64,000 nt of DNA, from NCBI GenBank assembly GCA_000182565.2, contig KQ257451.1; one strand, given 5' to 3'. The notes beneath the pieces were generated by a model. It was not told the origin of the DNA. It ran no database searches and worked only from the letters and a program-made list of their open reading frames with translations. The first letter of the stretch is position 1; each line of letters opens with the position of its first letter. Source of the DNA: Spizellomyces punctatus DAOM BR117 (taxonomy: Eukaryota). Both the position numbers and the translations under genes were made by a program. Of the stretch, positions 39,092 through 53,000 are shown piece by piece.

Positions 39092-39424
39092 ATGGGCTTA
39101 TTCGACCCTACACCCCCACTCATGGCTTCCACCCCCGCATTAGGCCCATTCCCTTCCAACGCCCCTCGCCCAGCAGGCTTTTTTGCGACAGTTGCTGAAC
39201 CGGCCCAAACTCCTCCCCCGGCGGCCGATTATTACAAGGAGGGCGGGCTTGAGACCATCGACATTTTGAAAGCCAAACTGTCGACTGAACAATTCGAGGG
39301 ATTCTGTCTTGGAAACGTGTACAAGTACCTGACGAGAGCGGGCAAGAAACCGGACAACTCCAAATCCGATGATTTCAAGAAAGCGTACTATTATTTAGGC
39401 TTGCTGGCTGGTCCTAAAGAGTAA
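39092..39424 (+). CDS. DUF3310 (SaV/T7 gp1.7-like) domain protein, right copy
   Basis: DYYKEGGLETIDILKAKLSTEQFEGFCLGNVYKYLTRAGKKPDN; abuts the right TIR; alternative start at 39032. Confidence 0.8.
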   Translation: MGLFDPTPPLMASTPALGPFPSNAPRPAGFFATVAEPAQTPPPAADYYKEGGLETIDILKAKLSTEQFEGFCLGNVYKYLTRAGKKPDNSKSDDFKKAYYYLGLLAGPKE

Positions 39425-39431
39425 TGTAGAC

Positions 39432-39609
39432 TTTCAAACTCCGCTCTTGTGTAACCCATTACGTCATCAATCAACACGTGATTTTCTACTGGCCCGCCCC
39501 ACGTGACCCATTCTCACTCTTGTGTAACCTTCCAGTGTGGCACAGTCATGTAGGGGTGGCACAGTCATGTAATGGTCTAAATCCTCCTTATACTATATCA
39601 TCCCCATTC
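39432..39609 (-). repeat. Right terminal inverted repeat (178 bp)
   Basis: TTTCAAACTCCGCTC...ATCATCCCCATTC matches the left TIR in inverted orientation. Confidence 0.97.
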
Positions 39610-40886
39610 AGGAATTTATGAAATAGGTAGACTACTAAAAGGAGGTGGTATAACGGCATGTGTATGATGCTGGGGCGGGTTATCGGAGTGCATTTCCAAA
39701 CTTCAGGGATGCATTCAAAGCCCAACGAAATCACCATCTTTTATCTGAATGAACACCCCGGTGCCGATCCGCCTTCGCTACTATCGTTTCTGTATTCACC
39801 TAAGCAAATACCTTTCTCAAATTAGTCCAGTCAGATTTTTGGACCAAGGGAGCAGTCTTTGCTAATTAGCTTTCACATTGCATCTTTGGCATAGGCAATG
39901 TGCTGATCTAGTGGCAAAACTTGCAGGCCAACCAAATGAGAACGTTTCTGGGCATTCGTAAACAACAACAGTTGCTCAACAGCGTCAGGGTCCGCTGAAA
40001 CCCTGCAATACGGTCACAATCTGATTCGGCTGACATTGCTCGCCATCCCGATCATGTTTACGTAAGCCACCATATTGCAATTAAGGTTTTCGTCTGTGTA
40101 ATCTAATGATCACCAGCACATGTGTCTCTCCAAGAGTTACTGTACAATCCCAAGTTCACCAAATAGCAACCCATCCTTTGATCGAGGCCTTAATCCTCAA
40201 TGGCTGGATATCGGGACACATCTATCGTAAATTCTGGAAGGACATATCCTTGAATTGCACAAGTTCAAATATCTGTTGTAGAGCTACAAATTCATCTGTT
40301 TGGTGCTTCTAAACTATTACGTCGTGTACTCTAATCTACCAAATGTGTAGATGTTATCTGGAGAGAACACAAAGGATTGTCGGTTTTCTGGCTCCACAAA
40401 TCGCTTCTGTTTCGAGAACCTCTTAAATTGCGTTCGGACAGCCTGGATGCAACAGTCCATGCTTCATCTTTCAAACCTCGGCCAACATTGGGCCACCGCG
40501 TACTGATCATCGTATACCATTTCTCATTTTTCAATTTTCAGCTGGTTGGGGGCATCCTTTTCGATGGGTGAATACTGATGCTGACACCATATGTAATTAA
40601 CTACCATTGGGATGCACTTCTTCATACTATTGAAAGTGGCCATCAAGGTAAAACATCGCATTGCTTGGCACACAAAACATTATAATTGGATGGAATGTGG
40701 ATTACTTAAGCCTAAAAAGGCAAGAATTTGTGACATCAGCAGCATTAATTATCGTCAAGCCCCATCACTGCATGCCAGCGAGTAGATGGCGGATTAGAAC
40801 GTCCAAAGCTTCACTGCAGCTGGCACCTGAATCTCGGCTGGTTATTCTCAGTACACTCCGTTTCTTCCATCATCGTTTGCTTGAAC

Positions 40887-42632
40887 ATGGTTCTTTTGCC
40901 GCAGCATACGCGGCAAAGTCAGTACAAACGTCTCTGGCGTTTGAAATGGTCCAACTGCATGCTAGCAGTACGATCCTATCGCCTAATGCAATGCCTACTA
41001 TTGCTGGTTTGGATAGTGCTGGTATTTGGTTGGTGGAAGCCAAGCAAGGAGAGGGACAATGTGAACGATTTATTTGATTTATGGAGACTTGACAGGCATC
41101 GTCTCAGGTACGAGCCAATCTCGAGAATTTGCATCCTCGGTGACATAAAGACATGCACGCCTATTAGACTGCCTGGAATTCAAGGGCAAGGCTCGCACCA
41201 CGTTGGAGCCTTGCCACACTACATTCCTTCCGTCCAGCAAGATCCAGTACCACTATGTCTCGTGTCAGTCTGGGAACGCGGACCACTCCCGAAATATATC
41301 CGCGCTGCTCTTGACACATTTGGCACCGGATCCTCCCGCCCTTACGCCAACCTGTATCTCTTCCTACCTCCAACATATGGTTTGCAACATCTCAATGATT
41401 TGTACGAAGGAGAAGGACGGTGGCCTTCCAATGTCTATGTAATTGATATTGGACAAGTGCACGCACGATGGAATGTGACAGGATGGAATGGGTTTGTGTC
41501 AGACCATCTATGTAGACTCTACGGGATTGGTGTACATAGGAATCAATGTAAACAATTGAGAAAGGCGGTCAACCACAGCACACTAACGAGAGGATCAAAC
41601 TTGGGTGAGCATTTTCATGCGTTTGTGATATCTCTTTCCAAAAACCTTTGAGATTAACCGTACGACCAACTCCTAATACCAGTTCAGTTGCGGCCCGTCT
41701 ACGGTCAGCTCTTTTATCCGTGGACGAACCCCTCGCGCTGCTCGGCCTGGGCATGGTCTGACCTCGATACAATGTGGGGCGACCTCCCCACTCTCCTTGA
41801 CGCACCCGTCTTTAATGTCGAGACCGACGTTTTTACACTATCATTTGGAGACTCGTGGCGGTTGTACACACGTGGTCAATTTACGGCCTTCAATCAGCAC
41901 CGCCCAAAAATCAATGATGCCTGGCGTTCTTGCAAGCAACTCAAAACTCTTGACGATACCATAGCTTTCTTCAATAGTACAGATTGGGCAGCCTTGGATG
42001 AAGGATGCGGCGCTGATGCCGTTCTGAAATCTGATTTCACCCTTACAGAAGCTCCAATCCAGGAGGCAGACTGGACGCATGTCGTTCTATCACGCTCTGA
42101 TAGGGGTATCCTTACAAACTGTCGATCTGCAAATAACAGTGTACAGATCCGTCATAAATGCCGGGAAGCTATGCGAAAGATCACCTCCGAACTCGTAAAT
42201 TCCAACCGCACATCACCCTTCTCTTTGCCTCCAGTCGAATCTCGCCCGCTCAAACTCTACCAACCAGAAGACAAAAGAGAGATGTGCTCCTACTGGCTCC
42301 CGCAAGACCAACAATGGTGCGTGGCGAATTCCATATCGGAGGACGTCGCATGGTGGGTTCACGTGGCCAACAGCAATGGGTCAATAGGTAAAAAGTACCT
42401 CTACTCTACTGCCAATTCCCAGCGTGACACGGCAGCAGAGATTCAAGTCATTGAGTCCGCTCTTTTCCATCTTCAAAACTGGAAGCACCAAAACTTGACG
42501 GTCTTGTTTGATCCGGACGTAGATGACCGGGCTTTAAAAGTAGGCCGGGGGGTTATTGAGGTATACGAAAATAGGAATGACGGAGACGAAGAATCGAAGG
42601 GAATCATCATGCGATATGTCAACCTGGCATAA
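40887..42632 (+). CDS. Host type II membrane glycosyltransferase-like protein (DUF6625-like), intron 41605-41682
   Basis: N-terminal TM, LPKYI, LRPVYGQLF, WAWSDLDTMWGDL (DxD), GQFT, LDEG. Confidence 0.6.
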
Positions 42633-43756
42633 AACGCAACATTTATCTCTATACCCTGGTGAAAGTATATAGCATTTTTGGAATATTGGTGTGCAGTATT
42701 AGTTTTTTTTAAGGTTTGCTTTAAGCTTATGTTCCTCTTGTATATCCTATTGAGTCGTGAATGTAAATTCTCTTTGTAACATGCTTCATATTGTATAAAG
42801 GCTTAACTTTCTGTAAAGATCCGTGAGCTGACAGACAGGAGAACATCATTAAGCACAATTCCGTTGCGACAATGCCCTGGTTCTTAAGGTCTCCTCACGC
42901 ATTAACACACTGAAAAGGGTTTCATAAATGTGCAACTGCAGTGGTTGTAAGACATCATAGGCTGGGAGACACAACACCTATTCAATCACAGACTCGTTCT
43001 CCCACAATATCGGCATATTTAACGTTTTTTTTTTGGAAAGAAACATAACGGGCGGTTGTCCAAATTATTGATCACTGTCAACCCAGGGGTTCATATTACC
43101 TAGACATATCTCGAGTCCCGAGCGAAGCGACCCAAACCAAGCAAGCCACCGACGGGATGGACTTGTATAGGATAATACATTGCAGATATGCACAGGCCTC
43201 AAGGAAACCTTCTGATGGGACGGCAAAACAAGTCGAGGGCACAAGTCTTATCCTGAAGCCTCTACTTCCAAACTCTTGCAGTTCAATGATCATCCTTGCT
43301 ACGTACTTGCCACAGTTTTATAAGTATATTTCAAGTCATAGAAAAAAAAGGTGTGCCATTTACAGAATGAACCGAATCAGTTCCGACAAGGCGTGCAAAT
43401 CTCTCGCAGCGAATATCACTGACGTTTTCCATTCCATGGCTGAGCAGGATGTGGCCAGTTGATAAGTATCCAGGCGACATATTAACTTTATTCCTACACT
43501 CAGCGAGAAAAAGAGCTTTGTTGCGCGACCAAAGATACAGCAGTTCTTGCCTCGAAAAATTTCAAAGCTCCAGAATAGCAACAACGATAGGCAGAGGAGG
43601 TTATTTCAAACTGAAGACGCTCGGGATGGAGCAAGCCGACCAGTAGCGGGATTACGATATCTTGCTTATTGCTGATTCAGCCTCACGTGATTTTGAACGC
43701 AACCATAACTCCTCCATCGCTGTTGCCAGTCTTTGTCTTTAAATCAATGCTGAACG

Positions 43757-44799
43757 ATGCCACCTCAGCGAGGGAAATCTGGCGCAGGCCGACCGGACCA
43801 GGCGGATGAAATTGGATCCGAGGCGGCAAAGAAATATAATGGACTGTTTTCTGAGAAGGTGAGATTTCTCAACTGATCTGCATCGGGGGGCGCAGCTGCT
43901 TTGCTTTTTCTACCCAAACGCATTGGAAGCTATCATGCCACCCAAAGCGTCCTAAAGACCATCGCTGACCTCATTGGCACCTCAGGACTGGAAATGTAAA
44001 CTTTGTTCCAATATCAACTGGGCTCGACGAAACGTGTGCAATCAGGTAATGTGATCAGTTCACACGCTGTAAAGATTAGATTACTGAGCCGCATGCTATT
44101 AGTGTCAATCTCCAAAGCCTGGCAGTGGCACGGACGCCCAGAGGGAAGGGCACGGTGGAGGGTTCTTTGATAGAGGTGGGTTTGTTCCCACATTGCGAGG
44201 AGCTCCAAGAAATCATAGCTCTAAACTACAGTGTAGAGGCGGAAATCGAGTACAGAGAGACACGCTATCAAGATGATGATGAGTATGACGATTTTGGAAG
44301 GCTAAAAAAGAAGAAGCGAAATGGGAGTGGGCAGGAAGGGTCAGCTGAGCCGGTGTCCCGTCCTCGAATGGCAGCGGAAGCGGACCAAAAGGTTGAAAAA
44401 CAAGATCGCGACGATGATGATGACGATGATGGCGATGGGGATGATGGAAAATGGGATGCATGGGCAGATATTCTAGGCGACGATACGAAAACCGAATCAG
44501 TTGGAACTAAAGCAACCAGCGTCGCCTCCGAGGAGAAGACATACGCCGCCAAACTTGAACGAGACAGATCCCCTCAAAGGGATCGTGATTACCGCTACAG
44601 AGACCGCAGGCGATCTCGTAGTCGGTCTCGATCTAGAACGCGATCTGACCATGGTGAGCGAAGAGGATACGAACGTCGGAGTCGGTCTCCAAGATATCGA
44701 AATGGGCCGAGGGGGGAACGCTCCTATTCCAGGGAAGAGGATAGGGGATACCGAAGAGTCAGTAGAAGTCGATCTCGCGATCGGTATAGGAGAAGATGA
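43757..44799 (+). CDS. ZRANB2-like RanBP2 zinc finger/RS-domain splicing protein, multi-exon
   Basis: Spliced EIGSEAAKKYNGLFSEK-DWKCKLCSNINWARRNVCNQ-CQSPK, EYDDFGRLKKK, RS-rich tail. Confidence 0.85.
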
Positions 44800-44955
44800 C
44801 CGCGTTTTAATGTGCACCAGCGGTTGGGGTCTTTCATTCAGACAAGAATTATCAGCGCTGTGCTACATCCATCATCGGTGCAAGACGATTGTAAATCCTT
44901 GCTCAGTATCATGATCTTGTCTATAATTTACTGTTGCAATGACCCTCATGGATGA

Positions 44956-46732
44956 CTACTTTTTCCCTGACGGTGGAGACGGTGGCGGGCCGATGACAAT
45001 GCCATCTTGATCCTCCTTCAGTTTCCCAGCAGTCAACCCTTGTTCTAACTCCTTAAAGGATACTTCGCCAGATCCTCGGGCCAATGGCTACAATGTCATC
45101 GTGGCGGTCAGAACGCGGACTTGTCAAAAAAAACCTGCATCTTGTCCTACCTTTGGTTGCGATGGATCAGGCTTCCATCCAATCTAATCGGAAACATGTT
45201 CAGATTAAGGGTTGCCAGTTAGATGCCTGGGTTTCTCTTTCTTCATCGACTTACCATATATATGACCTAAATGGTATAGATATGACGAAAGTAAGTACGG
45301 TGCCCGTTACCTCCACTGGGACCAGAAGTGCAGTACCTGAAAGGTTGCGGGGACGCTTCCATCATCATTTCCGTAAATCTCTGTATCATGAAACATTGAC
45401 ATCGTAAACACAACACACATCCGCAGGAATACTAGTATGACTGACCTTTGTAGGTAGCCGCTGCAGCCATGAGTGTGTCACGTGATATATAAGGTTTCCT
45501 TCAAAAGGGCACAGTGTAAACCGTAGATCAATAAGCCAAGATGGAAGTTTACCATTTATGAAATTACCTAGCGGCAATCGCATTGCTCTCCCCCATGGCT
45601 CTCAAATCATCCATTAATTCGAACATTGAAGGATAATTCACAGCAATTTCATCCACATCAACAGTGATGAGATTAAACCCGGCACGTTGAAGAAGGTTCG
45701 CCACGTCCCGGACATCTATGTCATCGTCATTAACTTCTGATGTTAAAGACCACTTCACTGTCTCATCACCGAATCTTACCAGTCATTGGCGAAATGTGGG
45801 GAGAAACACCTCCTTCGCGGTCAATTTCGGCCAGTTGGAGAGAGGTTCTAAGCGGTCCGATAAGTCTAATTCAAGCAAAGTCTCAAAGACAGAAGGTACA
45901 TACCGCAGTTCATAAAGAGTGTCACCACCAAACATGGCCCCAATGAAGACACCGTCTGGCTTCAATGCTCGCTGTGCTTGGATCAGCGTCCCGGGGATAT
46001 CGTTTACCCAATGCATACTTAGACTGCTCATGATGGCATCCACAGAGTTTTCTTCGAATGGCAGGGATTCTTCGTCACCAGCTATGCGCTCCGTTGGCAC
46101 TATATACAGTATCAAAGAGAGCCCTCATGCATTACACCGAGTAGAATAAACTTACCTTCGTATTCAATATCTTTGTCTCGATATAGGAGTTTTTCTAATC
46201 GCGCAAGATTGCCATTAGTTATCTGAAATCACTGTGATTACAAAAATACAATCAACTCACCCGACATATCATACATGATCAGTTTGTCCATCATATCAGA
46301 ATCCACAAACTTGATAATATGCCCAGCGCCTGAACCCAGATCTATCACTTTTGAAAATCGCCGCTTAATGTCCTTTGTAAACCCAAGAATTCGTTAAGAC
46401 TTTTCCGAATGTTGGAATGCTGACCCTTGTTCGGTCCGCATCCGCGTCGCAGCCGACAGATCCCGCCATACACCGAAATATCAACCCACCAGCAACCGAT
46501 CCACCAACCGATCGGCAACCTCATCCTTCAAGTAATCCACATCCCGACTCTCTTTTCGTAACGCTGCTCGGTCGCGTTGTCGCTTTTTGACAGAGCGGTT
46601 GAAGATGTGTTGAACAGGAGGTAGATTGGATGAAGTTGCAAGGTGGGCACATGAACTCCGTTGCGCAGCTAATGTGAGCGATGTACGGAGAAGGGGATAG
46701 AGGTAAGGTAACCGCGGAGGTATGCGATGCAT
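44956..46732 (-). CDS. NDUFAF5: NDUFAF5 complex I assembly arginine hydroxylase (methyltransferase fold), multi-exon
   Basis: [65 protein letters not shown]. Confidence 0.9.
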
Positions 46733-47062
46733 TACGGAATTTGGAGGTGCTCAAGTACAAGTGCAAAGTAGACGAACAGTTGTCATGATCGGACACGTGG
46801 CGTGTGGCGCTGACATGAGGTAAGCGAATCTCTGGTTTGGTGTGGAGTGCAGTAGATCTCAGTGCCATATTCCTGCAGCAACGTCTTCAGTCATGAAGAT
46901 TACAGAGTTGAAACACTCAGGACGGATTGAACAATAAGGATCAATTAGCCAATCGCCATTGGCGTCAAAGCGATGAATTGATCATCATCTTATGAAGTCC
47001 TGAATCAAGCGTCCAAAGTACAACTGTCGGCCAGCTCTACCTAAGACCTTAGATGGGCAAGC

Positions 47063-49354
47063 TTACTCTGCCTTGGGATCTTGCCGTGGTCTTCGAAATC
47101 CTGGAACACCACCGGCCATGTAAAATGCCACAAACAAGCCCCCGAACACTAGCAATAACATCATATTGCTTTTCAAGAATACCTGAGAAAAACAAGGGTT
47201 CTCAGTAAATGCCAGCACAGATGATGAACGAGATAGGATACGCACCATTGAACGGTCAATACCTTTTGAGATATTGTACCCTAAACGACCCAAAAACCCG
47301 GACGTGTATTTTGGCTAGGACGGAGACGACAACCGATGAATAACACCAGCCAGATGGCAACCAATTGGATGACTGACATACCGATGCGGTTCCCTCCAGG
47401 ATATCGTTGATGTTTTGCAATAGCGATTCCTTCTCAAAGCCAATACCGCGTCCACCTTTATCCGTGTCGTAATATTTATCCTCCTATTCAAGAATTTGAG
47501 AAATTGGTTCACGCAGACGATATCACATGAAATTACCTTTGGATCCGCGATAATCAAAGTTGGCAACTGGTCTTGACTTATCCCGTAGACTCTCTCAATG
47601 TAGTTGTGCCACTTGACACCATCCAACCATGTGACAACCACCAAATTATGCATGTTCTCTTCCTTCTCTTTTTTGCTCCACGCAATGGAGCTGTCTTTCA
47701 AAGTTTTTAGGACGCTCCCACTTCGAGGCGAAGAGGGATCGATGATCGCCATTACTACCAACTTGTCCCCACCAAGGACCTGCTCTTGATTGTCAGAATC
47801 CAAATGAAGGACACGTGGATATCGATTATCCAAGACAAATTGTCGAATGTACTGTCTAGCCGCCAATGTGTCGTCCAGATCTCCAGTGTGCCTGATGAGT
47901 GTATCACCATGGTCCTTTACCGCGAACAGATATGGGCCGGACGGCGGTGCCTTAAAAAGTTCACGCGCAGCAGAATCCGGGGTTACAAAGAACGACGCTT
48001 CGTTGCGCAACGCTTTTGCTACGGTAATTACAGCGTTCTAAACAACATCCATTGTTCAGCTTACGTTAGGCACTTATTAGTGAAACAATGACGGTTGTTC
48101 ACACTCACAAGAGCAGACTTTGGCATTGTCCGAGGATCGTACAAGAGAAAGTATGACACTTCCTTTTGTTTCCATATTGCGGGAATCTCTGAAGCTTTCA
48201 CAGGTGTAAAGGCCGGTTGGCTGCTAAATCCTAGTGCATAATCCCGCAGGGCATCGAATGACCGTGACCCCCGATACTCAATAGGCGGTGACGGCTGTTG
48301 AAGAAATTTGAGCGTCGGATAACCGCGAACACCAAATTGTTTGCATATGCTGCCCTCACGGGTGCAATCAACCTCCCCAACGTTGACAAGGCCCTTCAGC
48401 GCCGGTGCAAGATCTTCGAACACCGGCTTGAGTTTTTGGCAATGAGGGCACCAGGGGGCATGAAACATGACAAACCATGGAGTATTGTTCGTCATGATTG
48501 CAAACGTCTTTTCGGTCAACTGAACAAATCGACCGTCGGGATTGATCCCTCTATTTGGTTTGGTGCTAGCGTCCACAATGGCTTGGAGTTCCTTGATCGC
48601 TTCATTCAGACTGTCAGTGGCGGCACGTTCCTGCTTCACCAGCGCTTCTTGCTCTCGGTTTACCGCGGCCTTATCCTCTTTGGACTGTCCAGAGTCCGCT
48701 GACTTTTGCTGGGGCTCGGATCCAGGCAGAAGCACCGTGATCTTGCTTTCGATGTAATTCATCAACTTGCTAATCTCCTTGATGTCATCAGGTGTGTCCA
48801 TCAACTTTCCATTGAGATATCTAGAAGGCAAGCTTTAGCTAGTGTGCTGGTAACAATATTCCGTAATGGGAACCAACGGTCCGTACAGTTTCACGGTGGG
48901 ATAGAATTCAATCTTTTGATCCGTACACAGATCTAAGTAGAGAGTTAGCAAACGGATGACTTTGGTGGAAAGTAGAACATTACACACCTTCATTGACTGC
49001 CCTCCCAGTGCATTCCACTTTCCCTAGGTGAAAGTCTTTCTTCATGGCCTTTACCTTTCGCTGTGCCTCCAGCCATGTCGGTGTAAACCTAGGCGCGGTA
49101 AAAGTGTCATGCACGATTTCCTTGGACCATAGAGACGCTCAAGTGCCTTACTTTCGACAGTGAGGACAGGACTTTGAGCCAAAAAACACTAGCCACGCTC
49201 CCTTGCTAATGGTCGTTGTAAACTCGTTTGGATCGATAAAGGTGACCTGCGGCTCAGCCTCCTTGTATGCCTGCTCCATCTCGGCATTGCCATTCACCGA
49301 TACCAGACCCGCCCATGCAAAGAATATGCAAAATAAAAGAACCACCACCCTCAT
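47063..49354 (-). CDS. Membrane-anchored protein disulfide isomerase/thioredoxin-domain protein, multi-exon
   Basis: Signal peptide, two CPHC active sites (SKSCPHC, FHAPWCPHC), VRGYPTL, C-terminal TM. Confidence 0.85.
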
Positions 49355-50018
49355 GCTGTGCGATGTTGCTGCTGGGTGGGATGCTCTGTTGATTGCCCCA
49401 GCTGCTTCGCAAAGCAAACGGTATGGTAGGATATAACCCACTCGAACCGCATTTCAAAGAGTCATGATATGCGATAAAGACTAAAAATAGGACATTTATA
49501 ACGATGCCGTAGTGGGATGGCCGTAGCGGAACAGTTGTGCCGTGTGGATCATAAACAAACCGTTTGCGCAGCACGCCAGAAAGGCGTATAAACAAAAAGA
49601 AACTTTTGAAACTTGCCAGTTGAAACAACCCAAAAAAAAAGAGAAAAAAAAAAACACGCCAGTAGCAAGTTTGGGGGCGTCAAGGGATCGAAAGTTCAAT
49701 TTTTAAAGAATTTCAAAACTCTTAAGTCCCAGCCCTGTTTGCCCATCTCGCTGCGCCCCCATTTCCCCCCATTGCTTTCTTCCATTTGCTGGGCTATATT
49801 ATCTTTTACTTGCCAGCATTCCCCCCATCTTTCTCCCTTTGCTTTTACGTTTACGGTTATGCTTTTATTATAGAGGATATTCTTTTATTTTTACATAGAA
49901 CAGGTAACGCGTGAGCTACAACCAGCGGTTGTGTTTCGCCTCCAGTGCTCCCTAACTCAATGCCATCACTTTCTGCTAGCGTTTTTAAACAGGCTCTTGC
50001 AGTCTCCTCTAATTCACA

Positions 50019-53000
50019 ATGGGTCGCAGCAAGAAGGTCTTGGCGCCCGGCGACTCTAAAGAAGACTTGATTCTTCTTCCCAATCTAACAGACGACGTTG
50101 TTTTCGCCAACCTCAAAGACCGCTACTCCCGAAACCAAATCTTCACACGCATAGGTGCCAGTGCACTTGTAGTCGTCAACCCCGTAAAGACTCTCGAATC
50201 CTTTTCCGACGGAACATCCTCACAATATGCCGCATGGGCAAAGGACACATCCGAGGAGAAGGTGCCGCTCCCCGCGCACATCTTTGACTTGGCCTCTTCC
50301 GTGTTCTACCACATGCTACGCAACCAGCAAGATCAATCCGTAGTCTTTTGGTATGTAAAGCTATTCGCTCGTAAAGGCGTCATCCGGTTGCTATCTCTAA
50401 TCCCAATTTTAACAGCGGAGAGAGCGGTAGTGGCAAAACCGAAGCTCGGAAACTTTTGGTCAGGCAGTTGATTGCACTCAGCAGAAATGCAAAAAAGAAG
50501 TCAAAGGTGCACTCGGGAGTAATGAAAACGGAAACGGTTTTGGATGCGTTTGGAACGGCACGCACACTGACGAACCCAAACTCCTCTCGATTCGGTCGAT
50601 ACACCGAGTATCAGTATGACGAGCGCGGAAAAATGGTTGGTGCAAAGATGCTGGACTACCTGTTGGAAAAGAGCCGAGTATCCCACACTCCAGCCGAGGA
50701 ACGGAATTTTCATATCTTTTACTACCTCCTGGCGGGTGCCACACCAGAAGAGAAGATACAATGGCGCTTGCAGGATGCTGGACATTTCTCTTACTTGCAG
50801 ACACCGAGGCACGCTCGTCTGACTACGGAAGACCAAATCAAATTTGGAGAACTTCGAGATCACCTTAAATCCTTGGGCGTAGGAAGAAGATTACAAGCAC
50901 AGATCTATCAATTGATGGCTGCTACACTTCATCTGGGAAACGTTACATTCCAGGATGATCCGGAAAAACCTCAGGAGGCATGTACGGTGAAGAACCAAGA
51001 GGCGTTGGAAATCGCCGCTGAGCTTCTTGGTGTGGCTGCACGGAATCTGGAGGCCGCGCTTACCTTGCGGACAAAGCTTGTATACAGGGACGTTGTCACA
51101 GTCTTCTTGAATGCCGAGGACGCCGCATCTCAGCGTGATTCCTTGGCCAAGACCTTGTATTCTCTGGTGTTCAGCTGGTTAGTAGAACACATCAACAGTA
51201 GGCTATGCAAAGAAGATTGCGCCACATTTGTAGGCGTGGTGGATTTGACTGGATTTGAGGACTCTAAATCAAACGGGTTCGAACAATTACTGGGCAATTT
51301 TGCCAACGAGCGTCTCCAACAGTTTGTCAACCATCGCATCGTAGAGGCTCATGAAGAATATGTCCGTGAAGGCATCCGCTCAGCCTCGGTTCCCCAAAAC
51401 GACAATACCCCTATTGTAGACGTTATCGCGGGTAGCGGCGGCGTTTTTTCAGTGATCGATGCAGCATCTGTGGAAGGAAACCAGAAACAGCCAGATGTGC
51501 CTTGTCTTCAACGACTAACCGAGAAACTTGGCCAGAACCAGTTCTTTGTGCAAGGGAACTCCAGCACGTCGTTTGGGATTAAGCATCATTCTCGCACTGT
51601 CGAATATGATACCACCAACTTTCTCGATAAGAACAAGGATGTGCTATGCCCGGACTTTGTGTCGATCTTCCGAGGTAATGGCAAGGACATCCCTTCGTCT
51701 GCGAATGGCTTCATTCGAGATCTTTTCTCGGAAAAGGTTGTTTCGACCGAGAACGGTGGACGCGATTCTGGAATGGTCACTGGAGCGCAGGGGCCAAAGA
51801 AGCCCCTTCGCCAACCTTCTTTGAAGAGGAAGGGTGGCCGTTTCGGGTACGAAAAGACCGCTCCTCCCACAGTTGCATACAACTTCAAAGCAGCGATTGA
51901 TGAGATGATCGACACCCTATCGGAGACAATTCCTTGGTTCGTCATGTGCATCAAACCAAACGAAGACCTATCTAGTGATAAATTGGAGTCGAAGCGGGTC
52001 AAGCAGCAGCTTCGTGCCTTGGGAATCACACGGATCGCTCAAGCTCGTGCTGCCGCTGACTACACGGCAAGCTATGGTATTGACGAATTTCTGTCTCGCT
52101 ACCGAGTGATCATCGATCCCATGCGGTTGGATGAGTCTGCAGGTCCCAGCGGCAAGTGCGAGGATTTTGTATTGCAGAGCAATTGGACAAGTAGGGAAAT
52201 GGCCATTGGTCGTAACAAAGTGTTCCTTTCCGAATCGTCGTGGATCTCCTTGGAAGATGAATTGAGAACCATTGAGGATCAGTTGCGCGCGGAGAGAAAG
52301 GCTCGAGGGAGGAGTAGAGCACGCGATGGCTCGCAAGAGAGGTCTCGCGGGACTAGTGTTGGTTCATCTAGCTTCCTTGACGATACCGCATCCCAGTATA
52401 GCACTGATATGGAGTACGGGGATGAGGGCTCTTACTACGACGATACAGAGTCTCAGTATAATTCAGAGTTTGAGTATGAACCATCCGCTCATCGATTGTC
52501 CCAAGTCAGTATCAGAGCAGGATCCATGGACAAGAAGCTAGCCGACAGGGACTTGAATGAACTGAATGTCATCTCCACGAAGAAAGATGCTTCAGAGGAA
52601 ACCTTAATCGAGGAAAATGAAACATCGCCCGCTCGAAAAAAATGGGTCTGCTTCACCTGGTTCCTCACTTGGTGGATCTTTCCCCCCTGTTTGTCCTTCT
52701 GCGGTGGAATGAAGCGGAAGGATATTCAAATGGCATGGCGTGAGAAGGTTGCTCTCTGTATCATTATATTCTTCCTCTGCTGCGGACTTTTGTTCTTCAT
52801 TATCGGTCTCGGTCGACTGATTTGCCCCAGAATCAACGTGCTCAGTACCGAAGAGTTGGCAGGACGAACGAATCCCGATGACCCTTGGGTGTATGCCTAC
52901 GGTCGTGCATACGCCATCAAGCCCCTTATACAAACCCACCAGAATCTCAACATCCAAGATTATCGTCTTGCGGAGTTTTACGGACAAGACGTGGCCTTCA

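Larger units (their letters stand above)
12698..39609. mobile_element. Endogenous Polinton-like virus (PLV/Maverick-type), 26,912 bp
   Basis: 178-bp TIRs enclose pPolB, double-jelly-roll-type MCP, penton, A32-like ATPase, fibre, lipase and VLTF3-like genes; gene-dense and nearly intronless, unlike the flanks. Confidence 0.93.

Noticed and set aside
39610-40860. Possible decayed gene on the minus strand right of the element
   Set aside because: Only short stop-ridden frames with no recognisable motif
43100-43650. Possible DDE transposase remnant
   Set aside because: Resemblance too faint; no TIRs or catalytic motifs can be supported
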